Source: an uncultured Gammaproteobacteria bacterium
GTDB lineage: Bacteria > Patescibacteriota > Microgenomatia > UBA10105 > UBA927
DNA: 64,000 nucleotides
Direction: 5' to 3'
Assembly: GCA_964356315.1 (NCBI GenBank)
Contig: CAYHHA010000001.1
Coordinates: 51,299 to 115,298 of the forward strand
Shown here: one piece after another, positions 57,200 through 64,000 of the stretch
Layout of the letters: each line of letters opens with the position of its first letter
Position numbering within the stretch: position 1 is the first letter of the stretch
Notes under the pieces: generated by a model
The model's database searches: none
The model's input: the letters and a program-made list of their open reading frames with translations, nothing else
What the model was told of the DNA's origin: nothing
Made by a program: the position numbers and the translations under genes

Positions 57200-57661
57200 G
57201 TGATAAAATACCTCTATATGGGCATAGTAAATAAAAAAGCCACATTTGATTATCAGATACTGGAGCGCTTCGAGGCAGGGGTTTCTCTGTTGGGCATGGA
57301 GGTAAAATCTATAAAAACAGGCCATGCGTCATTGGATGGATCATTTGTTAAAGTGATTGATGGGGAGGCATTTTTGATAAATGCCCAAATTTTTGCCTAC
57401 CAATATGCACGACCTGACCATTATGATTCAAAACGCACACGAAAACTCCTACTGCATAAAAAAGAATTGCTCCGTCTGCAAACAAAGATGAGTGGATCGA
57501 ATTTGACCGTCATTCCGATCTCTTGGTATAATAAGGGTCCTCGAATAAAACTTGAGATAGCCCTCGCAAAAGGGAAAAAGCAATTTGAAAAACGTGAAGC
57601 AAAGAAAAAAGAGATTGTGCGTAGAGAATTAGATCGGGAATTTCGGGGGAAGGTAAAGTAA
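57200..57661 (+). CDS. smpB: SsrA-binding protein SmpB
   Basis: FDYQILERFEAGVSLLGMEVKSIK...RTRKLLLHKKE motifs; C-terminal basic tail. Confidence 0.9.
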   Translation: MIKYLYMGIVNKKATFDYQILERFEAGVSLLGMEVKSIKTGHASLDGSFVKVIDGEAFLINAQIFAYQYARPDHYDSKRTRKLLLHKKELLRLQTKMSGSNLTVIPISWYNKGPRIKLEIALAKGKKQFEKREAKKKEIVRRELDREFRGKVK

Positions 57662-57804
57662 AAAAATAGATCGCCCGACTAAGTTCAGCAATCGCCTTAC
57701 CTACTATTCGTAGCGCGGCTCATGCTTCACTTGGTCGTCGGGCATAAGAAACACTAGACTCTTTGTCCCATACATGTGGGACAAAATCGTTGAGTGTTTC
57801 TAAT

Positions 57805-58234
57805 GGGGATGAATGATTCGACGGATGGTGGCACATTAAAAACAGCAAGCCGACTTTGAGCAGTAGTCGTAAAACAGGTTCAAACTTTATCTGCTGATTT
57901 ATCAGACAGAAAACAGGCACTCCGAGAAGAACTCGCAGCTTTGCGAGAATATTTCGGTATGTCTTCCTACTCTCCTATGTTCGCAGGGCGACTTGCAGCA
58001 TAAGATGACGAAAGACGTCTCATGTTAATTTTTTCCGGTGAATTACATGAGGCGGAAACTTAGCCGGGACATCAGGACGTACTTGACCTACTACGTTCGG
58101 CGCACTTTTGGTCAACCCTTCCCGCCAACTACTTTGTCCATTTATAGGTAGGCGGGAAAAAATAAATGGACTACGCTTGTAGACGTTTTTAGTTGCTCTG
58201 TTCGGACCCGAGCTCAATACTCGGCATCTCCACC
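57805..58234 (+). ncRNA. ssrA: tmRNA (ssrA), one-piece
   Basis: 5' GGGGATGAATGATTCGACGG (acceptor 5' strand + D-analogue consensus GGAUUCGACGG). 3' CCGAG-CTCAATA-CTCGG T-arm, then CATCTCC-ACC pairing with GGGGATG including a G3:U wobble (alanylation determinant). Internal tag ORF ends ...FAGRLAA-TAA (stop at 58001-58003). Confidence 0.8.
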
Positions 58235-58355
58235 CTTCGCTCTCGACTTTCAGTCGGAGCTACGGGTGGCACGGCCACCTTTTAAAAAGAGAGACTTTAT
58301 CGTGTGTCGCGAAGGGTGTCCCACGTAGTCCCTCTGAACGGGACGAAGTGGGGCT

Positions 58356-58592
58356 ATGTATTACGTATATATACTCCGGCTTTGTAACAATACATATTAT
58401 CAAGGATTCTCTTCGGATTTGAGGACAAGAATCATAGCTCATATTGAGGGATCAGTTTCCCAAACAAGGAATTTTCGTCCACTTCAACTTGCCTATTACT
58501 GTGCTTTTATATCTAAAAAACAGGCGTTAGATTTTGAAAAATACTTGAAAACCGGATCCGGCTTCGCATTTAGAAATAAGCATTTAGTATGA
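58356..58592 (+). CDS. GIY-YIG nuclease-family protein (YhbQ/UPF0213-like)
   Basis: MYYVYILRLCNNTYYQGFSSDLRTRIIAH matches the GIY-x10-YIG core with conserved Arg. Confidence 0.65.
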   Translation: MYYVYILRLCNNTYYQGFSSDLRTRIIAHIEGSVSQTRNFRPLQLAYYCAFISKKQALDFEKYLKTGSGFAFRNKHLV

Positions 58593-59278
58593 CCATCCTT
58601 GATTTCATATTTCCAAAACAATGTGTATCCTGTGGGGCGATTGGCAGATATGTTTGTAAACGCTGTGTAAAACAAATGAACCCGATTGCCACAAATGAAT
58701 GTATTTGCCCTATGTGTGAAAAACCAGCAATCGCCGGAAAAACACATCCCCGGTGTCAGACGCGCTTTGCTCTCGATGGTCTTACGAGTTTTTTCTACTA
58801 TAAAAACGTGGTGAAAAAAATCATCACTTCTATAAAATATTCATTTGTACGAGATATGGCTCAGGAGTTTGCTTCATATGTTCCATATTCAGGATACACA
58901 ACTGCATCGTTGATTGGAAACGCTGATGCTATGTTGGTTCCCATCCCGCTTCATGCAACACGATTTAGATTTCGAGGATTTAATCAGTCCGATGTTCTTG
59001 GTTCCTGTGTTGCGAGACACCTACGCATACAGTATAGTTCAGGAGTTCTCACGAGAATTCGAGCAACGAATGCTCAGGTGAGTATGAAACACAAAGTGAA
59101 TCGGCTAACGAATGTCCGTCACGCGTTTGCGCTCGGGACATCGCCGATTTCTTTAAGTGGAAAGACCATCCTCTTGTTTGACGATGTCTTTACCACAGGA
59201 GCAACACTCAGAGAAGCGGGGAATGTGTTAAAACGAAACGGAGCAACGTGTGTTTGGGGAATTACGATGGCACGATAA
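58589..59278 (+). CDS. comF: ComF-family protein (Cys4 zinc finger + phosphoribosyltransferase domain)
   Basis: N-terminal CVSCG...CKRC and C-terminal LLFDDVFTTGATL PRPP-binding motif. Confidence 0.75.
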   Translation: MTILDFIFPKQCVSCGAIGRYVCKRCVKQMNPIATNECICPMCEKPAIAGKTHPRCQTRFALDGLTSFFYYKNVVKKIITSIKYSFVRDMAQEFASYVPYSGYTTASLIGNADAMLVPIPLHATRFRFRGFNQSDVLGSCVARHLRIQYSSGVLTRIRATNAQVSMKHKVNRLTNVRHAFALGTSPISLSGKTILLFDDVFTTGATLREAGNVLKRNGATCVWGITMAR

Positions 59279-59283
59279 ACAAT

Positions 59284-59925
59284 ATGAAAACATCACGGGT
59301 TATTATCGTCAGCAATGGAGCTCTGTATGAATCGATCATTTTAGATATTAAAAAGAATGACGTCGTCATCGGCGTTGATCGCGCGGCATATTGGTTACTA
59401 CAGCATGGCATTATCCCGACCATTGCGGTCGGGGATTTTGATTCCACGACAGCAGAAGAATATGCCCATATTCAAAAAAGCGTTTCTGATATCAGAACAT
59501 TTCCTCCGGAAAAAGATTTTGTTGATACAGAGCTCGCGCTTATAGTCGCGCTTGAACAGTCTCCAAAAGAAATAGTGATATATGGGGGATCGGGGACACG
59601 GATGGATCATGAGTTGGCCACCTTATCTTTGTTGGAACGCGGAATTGCGAAGCAGGTGAAGATATTGTTTAGAAATGAAACGAATGAAATACAGCTCATA
59701 TCCAGATGTCGCACAATAGTAAAAAAGAGGGGAGGGTTTCGTTATATTTCCATCGTCCCGTATTCTGATGCAATTGTTGTATCTCTTGAGGGATTAAAAT
59801 ATCCATTGTCCCATGCGGTCATCTCCCGCGGTCAGACCATTGGTGTCAGCAACGAATTTTTGAATGACCGCGCAACAGCAACACTGCACGAAGGAACGGC
59901 ATTTATTATCCAAAGTAAGGATTAG
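59284..59925 (+). CDS. Thiamine pyrophosphokinase
   Basis: VIGVDRAAYWLLQHGIIPTIAVGDFDS TPK catalytic motif; start moved to ATG 59284. Confidence 0.65.
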   Translation: MKTSRVIIVSNGALYESIILDIKKNDVVIGVDRAAYWLLQHGIIPTIAVGDFDSTTAEEYAHIQKSVSDIRTFPPEKDFVDTELALIVALEQSPKEIVIYGGSGTRMDHELATLSLLERGIAKQVKILFRNETNEIQLISRCRTIVKKRGGFRYISIVPYSDAIVVSLEGLKYPLSHAVISRGQTIGVSNEFLNDRATATLHEGTAFIIQSKD

Positions 59926-60046
59926 TTATTTGACAAGAATAACAGACGGCAAAGTGATTGTCTTCCGATGCTATCTCTTTTGTTGTTTGAAAATATTTTT
60001 CGCTATGCTTATGTAACCTCGCTCATGAGGTTTGTCAGTGCCAGAA

Positions 60047-61468
60047 TTATTTTGAATACACGTAATACTGACATACTTTCCCCATGAAAAAATCTATGCC
60101 ACAGATCGGCTCTTCATGGTAATTACTATGTATTTTTCTTGGTGAAATTAGCAATGATTTTGGGTTTATATCTTGATCAAATAATTGATATGATTCGTTC
60201 GCTACTATGGAAAGAGCCTCTTGGGATGTTTCTTTTGCTTTGTTCAGTGTCTCTGGTTTAGGGAAAAATATTGGTGTAATGTTATTTGTTTTCCACTGGG
60301 TGGTATACAGATATATTTTATCTGCTTTTTCAAAAATTTCTTCGGCTGAGTAAACACTGTATCCACTTAGATTATGATCAAGTATATAGCTCACTAGCGC
60401 GCCTTCAGTGATATGTCGATAGTGCCCTGCTTTCATTGTGTCGAGGCTGATGGGAAGATAGATGGCACTTATGATAATTAGCATTGCATTTAATACTATC
60501 AATGTTGCTCTTTTCGAAATTCGGAATTCCACACAGCAAAAATGGGCAGTCAGTACTCCATAAATCAATGTCGAAGTTTGAGTTGGTAAATAGTAATAGA
60601 AGGTATCCATCTTCCAGATCGCCAAGGGAAATATAGATTGTACAAGTAGCGCGATAATTATCACGTAATCAGGAGGGATGTATCTTTTTTTTCTCCAGAT
60701 AAAAAACCACAGCGGAATGCTTGCTAATAAATAAAATAGTATTGGAGATATGGCGTATGCTAAATGAATGTTTTTGAAGTTAAACATAGCTTGGTGGATA
60801 TAGACATCCGTTGATGTCCTTATTTTCCAAATCATGCAAATTGAAAATATGACGCCTATAAAAGCTGTTAGGGCAAATGATTTGCTCTTCTTGTTCAGTG
60901 CAAAATAAATCAAAGGGATAATTAGAAAAAAAATCGAGGTTTCTTTTATAAATAATAATGCTGAAAATATGGCGATTGATAATCCATGTCTATTTTTTAT
61001 CAATGTTATTAGGGCGATAAGCAAAAAAAGCACTTGCAGTGGTTCATCGGTTCCCAAGCGATAGTAGTTTTCCGCTACGCTAGGAAGCGTCATAAAAAAT
61101 ATACTTGATGGTATAGCCAAATATTTCGAAAAATTGTATATCAATAAAAAATAATTTAGTAAATAGCAAGTTGCGGATAATACCAGTGCATTAACAAAAA
61201 AATAGTAAGATAAGCGCGTTCCAAATAGTGAATAGAATGCTTTTCTATAAATCATTCGCAAAGGTCGATTTCGCTCAGAAAAACGCAATTCGTTTTGCAA
61301 CAGCGCTGTATATGACATCTGTTTTACTGTCAATAAATCAGTTCCATCGTCTATTAATGTCGGATGTGTTGTGTAAAATTGAGGGAAAAGCAGGAGTATA
61401 GAAAGAAAGAAGTATAGGAAAAATATTCTAAATTCCTTAAATATACTAAACATATTTATATCCATCAT
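60047..61468 (-). CDS. GT-C-type polytopic membrane protein (ArnT/PMT-like glycosyltransferase family 39/83-like)
   Basis: 473 aa, more than 10 TM helices, architecture matching GT-C enzymes; weak motif support. Confidence 0.4.
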   Translation of the reverse strand: MMDINMFSIFKEFRIFFLYFFLSILLLFPQFYTTHPTLIDDGTDLLTVKQMSYTALLQNELRFSERNRPLRMIYRKAFYSLFGTRLSYYFFVNALVLSATCYLLNYFLLIYNFSKYLAIPSSIFFMTLPSVAENYYRLGTDEPLQVLFLLIALITLIKNRHGLSIAIFSALLFIKETSIFFLIIPLIYFALNKKSKSFALTAFIGVIFSICMIWKIRTSTDVYIHQAMFNFKNIHLAYAISPILFYLLASIPLWFFIWRKKRYIPPDYVIIIALLVQSIFPLAIWKMDTFYYYLPTQTSTLIYGVLTAHFCCVEFRISKRATLIVLNAMLIIISAIYLPISLDTMKAGHYRHITEGALVSYILDHNLSGYSVYSAEEIFEKADKIYLYTTQWKTNNITPIFFPKPETLNKAKETSQEALSIVANESYQLFDQDINPKSLLISPRKIHSNYHEEPICGIDFFMGKVCQYYVYSK

Positions 61469-61537
61469 TATATTAAATAAGATCTAATACCATTAGTTTG
61501 ATGTGGCGTAAAGATTCAACAGTGCGATCGGAGTTTT

Positions 61538-61936
61538 CTATCTATTAACTTCATCTGGATTATAAAATGGAATAAAGTATTTTTTATAGTCTAAATACTC
61601 ATCAGAAATTCCTTGGCTTTTTCCAAATTCTTGTGCCTGATTCATCTGATTTGATGTCCATCCATCCGGAAGATCTATGGTGAATCGTTTTGTATCAAAT
61701 ACTATGAAAAGCACTCTCTTATTCCAAAAAAATGAATACCAAGAATATAGCATTTCTTTCTGTATGTCGATGATTGATTGATCTATGTCTTCGTCTGAAA
61801 TTTGTAATAAAAAAATATAATGGTATTTGCTCACCGAAGAATTTGGTTCAAATTGAATAGATATTTTTAAATGTTTATAGTTGTTCAATATTGTTGGATT
61901 TTTTAACGAAGACGAGTCGATAAGCGCATAGTACAT
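61538..61936 (-). CDS. Hypothetical protein
   Basis: 132-aa ORF with coding-like composition; no motifs. Confidence 0.25.
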   Translation of the reverse strand: MYYALIDSSSLKNPTILNNYKHLKISIQFEPNSSVSKYHYIFLLQISDEDIDQSIIDIQKEMLYSWYSFFWNKRVLFIVFDTKRFTIDLPDGWTSNQMNQAQEFGKSQGISDEYLDYKKYFIPFYNPDEVNR

Positions 61937-62081
61937 AGATGAATTATAGCATTTGATTGTCCATCCAGTTGTTTGTCTTGGCAGGACTGGTCATGACGAA
62001 GGATCAAGCCTCTCTGGCTATTGGAAAGCTTTATAATACGAATTGATCACCGTTGTGAAAAAAGCTAAGATTTAATCTTAT

Positions 62082-63725
62082 ATGAGAATACAAAATACTT
62101 TGGATAAAATACGCACTTCTCAGCAATTACTTATATTTCCACTTTTTGCGCTTTTGATTACAAGTGGTTTTTTTGTATATCACAACGTAATTCCGTACGG
62201 AATCCTTGGATGGGATGAAGCGTCCTTTGAGCTCTGGGGAGCTCGTGTCTTTTTTGCCATCCGTTCATGGGATATTCGAGAGGTGGTTTTCCTCGTCCGA
62301 CAGCAATATATTTATCCACCTCTCCAGTCGATATTTTGGGGAATCTCGCTTTTACCGTTTGGATTTACTGTTCTCTCGGCGAGGATCGCTAATCTTTTTT
62401 GGTTCTTCTCAGGCGGGATGCTCATCTATGCCACCGCGATGCTTCTGCCCGCGCAAAAGCGAAGTGTTGTTAACTATGCCGGAATAATTGCGGTGCTTTT
62501 ATATGTACTTTCTCCTATGGTGCTTGTTCATGCCGGCTTAGGACTAAAAGAGATGATGGGTGTCACGCTGACCTTGGCATTTGTTTATTGCTATTTTCGT
62601 GCTCGTAATTCTCCGAGTTTTTTATGGACATGGGTAACAGGTTTTTCCGTCACCCTTCTAGTTTTAACAAAATATAACTATGCAGCGTTCGCTGGTTTAA
62701 CGCTTGTGATTGAGGTCCTTATTAACGAGGTATTTTTCAAGCGCAATGACATGATTCGAAAAAAACATCAGATCATGCTTGGGGTTGTTGCTGTCGGGAT
62801 AAGTATTTGGGTCATGCTTGAAAGATCCGCGCTCCTTGCGTATTTATCCTCGCAAAATGAGATGACTATAGGAATAGGAACATTTGCCGACAGAATTTTA
62901 TTCTATCCTAGATCGATAATCTACCTATTCGCTCCTCTTCCAATCATAGGGACGGCACTCCTCACTCTATTTGCAATGGGATTATTTTTCGTTCGCAGAT
63001 ATTATCATATACGTTTTATGGTAATTCTTGTTTTCGTGACGACTGTTAGTATGGGGACCTGGACAAATAATCTTCACGATAGATACATCATGACGTGTAT
63101 TCCATTTATATTTTTAATTGGCGCGTGGATGGTTCAGGGTTGGATTTCGAAGGTGAAACGCAAATGGAGCCCAATTATTCTAGTAGTTCTATTGATCGCT
63201 CCTATTGTAGTAACTAGGGTATATCTGGTTCCATCGTTTCGTAGCATGGTATATGGGGTTGGGTCATATAGCTTAAGGATTCCAATTTTTAACCAGATGG
63301 ATTTTAGGGATTACTGGTTTCAGTATGACAAATCATTATGGGCAAGCGCCGACCCATGGAGTTCAACCGAAAACCCGAACGATGTTTTTTTGTATATTAT
63401 GAACACCATAAATATTGAAGAGAGCTATACTCTTATCGGATACACAAATGCATTTTCCACAAAAGCGATACGACTGAATAGTTATCTGTATTCAAGCGCC
63501 ACATCCGCACACACCATAAAGGCACCAGTTGTTACTGTGGAAGTGCTTCCAACTTCGCGATACTATACGCGCGAATATAGTATGTACAGTTCTCAGGATT
63601 TGGCTCGCATTGCGGATATGAAACGGGATTCCCGATATGTTATGACGAATCACCGTTTGTTTCCCGAGTTAGGATTTGATGTCTGTGTGTATGTTCCAGT
63701 AGATCCCATGCATAGTACTCCATGA
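62082..63725 (+). CDS. GT-C-type polytopic membrane glycosyltransferase (ArnT/PMT-like)
   Basis: 547 aa, more than 10 TM helices, large C-terminal extracytoplasmic domain; paralogous in architecture to 7918..9411 and 60047..61468. Confidence 0.45.
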   Translation: MRIQNTLDKIRTSQQLLIFPLFALLITSGFFVYHNVIPYGILGWDEASFELWGARVFFAIRSWDIREVVFLVRQQYIYPPLQSIFWGISLLPFGFTVLSARIANLFWFFSGGMLIYATAMLLPAQKRSVVNYAGIIAVLLYVLSPMVLVHAGLGLKEMMGVTLTLAFVYCYFRARNSPSFLWTWVTGFSVTLLVLTKYNYAAFAGLTLVIEVLINEVFFKRNDMIRKKHQIMLGVVAVGISIWVMLERSALLAYLSSQNEMTIGIGTFADRILFYPRSIIYLFAPLPIIGTALLTLFAMGLFFVRRYYHIRFMVILVFVTTVSMGTWTNNLHDRYIMTCIPFIFLIGAWMVQGWISKVKRKWSPIILVVLLIAPIVVTRVYLVPSFRSMVYGVGSYSLRIPIFNQMDFRDYWFQYDKSLWASADPWSSTENPNDVFLYIMNTINIEESYTLIGYTNAFSTKAIRLNSYLYSSATSAHTIKAPVVTVEVLPTSRYYTREYSMYSSQDLARIADMKRDSRYVMTNHRLFPELGFDVCVYVPVDPMHSTP

Positions 63726-64000
63726 CGGGCATGACAGAATGGTTGAAGCGGGTGAATGATTATGGTAAAAATTTGGAGATTTATAACTTTTTAGTTTTTT
63801 AAACCTATTTAGTAAGAGTATATGGGCATGTATTGTCATTCTTATACCAAAAAGGGGAACACGAATCTTGCCACATTGAGCATTGGCCAGTAATTCTGTT
63901 TCTCACTGGAGTAAAGGTTTGGAAACAAATTCCTAAAAAATTTTGAACGAAGATGTAGCCTATTAAAATAAGCGCAATAATTATGATGCTTATTTTAATA

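Noticed and set aside
57720-58442. Minus-strand ORFs 57720..57920, 58020..58217, 58260..58442
   Set aside because: Lie entirely within or overlapping the tmRNA gene; structured RNA, not coding.
1-64000. Alternative genetic code (UGA recoding as in Gracilibacteria/SR1)
   Set aside because: dnaA, dnaN, asnB, the mevalonate genes and the 1316-aa ORF are full length under the standard code.
1-64000. tRNA genes
   Set aside because: No convincing cloverleaf (GGTTCGANTCC T-arm with matching acceptor) seen by eye apart from the tmRNA; cannot be excluded without tRNAscan.

Overview
This 64 kb window is bacterial chromosome, standard genetic code, with dnaA-dnaN and flanking DnaA-box clusters (a replication origin) at about 19.7-21.4 kb. 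The gene content is consistent with a small-genome, CPR/Patescibacteria-like bacterium (inference). Four main blocks are present. (1) 0-19.6 kb is a cell-surface glycan biosynthesis cluster: six GT4 glycosyltransferases, a Dpm1-like GT2 translationally coupled to a GT-C membrane glycosyltransferase, two Wzy/O-antigen-ligase-like polytopic proteins, AsnB, an NAD-epimerase, a radical-SAM/SPASM enzyme, a methyltransferase fragment, and a secreted beta-propeller/hydrolase giant. (2) 22.4-42 kb is a type IV secretion / conjugative-pilus-like locus: a VirB4-like ATPase, a VirD4/TraG-like P-loop ATPase, a VirB6-like polytopic protein, an M23 peptidoglycan hydrolase, a 1316-aa protein of unknown function, and six tandem TrbC/VirB2-like pilin paralogs. 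Two more pilin paralogs lie at 51.7-52.5 kb. A four-helix-bundle (Avd / 23S-IVS-protein family) gene, nadD and a Phd/RelE toxin-antitoxin pair with a decayed RelE copy are embedded in this locus. (3) 43.7-51.7 kb is a complete mevalonate-pathway operon of archaeal type in a bacterium: class I HMG-CoA reductase, short HMG-CoA synthase, archaeal-type thiolase with a DUF35-like OB-fold partner, mevalonate kinase, a second GHMP kinase fused to an IPP-isomerase-like Nudix domain, and diphosphomevalonate decarboxylase. It ends in uppS. (4) 52.6-64 kb holds a SpoIID/LytB-domain protein, smpB with a clearly recognisable tmRNA (ssrA) gene, a GIY-YIG protein, comF, thiamine pyrophosphokinase and two more GT-C membrane glycosyltransferase-like genes. 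The most unusual sequence-level feature is a family of tandem heptanucleotide arrays occupying many intergenic spacers: (ATGAACC)n and its complement, AATAAGG/CCTTATT, AGAACTT, and GATCCAA. They sit exactly at stop/start codons, sometimes as inverted pairs flanking a gene or a start codon, and one (GATCCAA) lies inside the uppS coding sequence.
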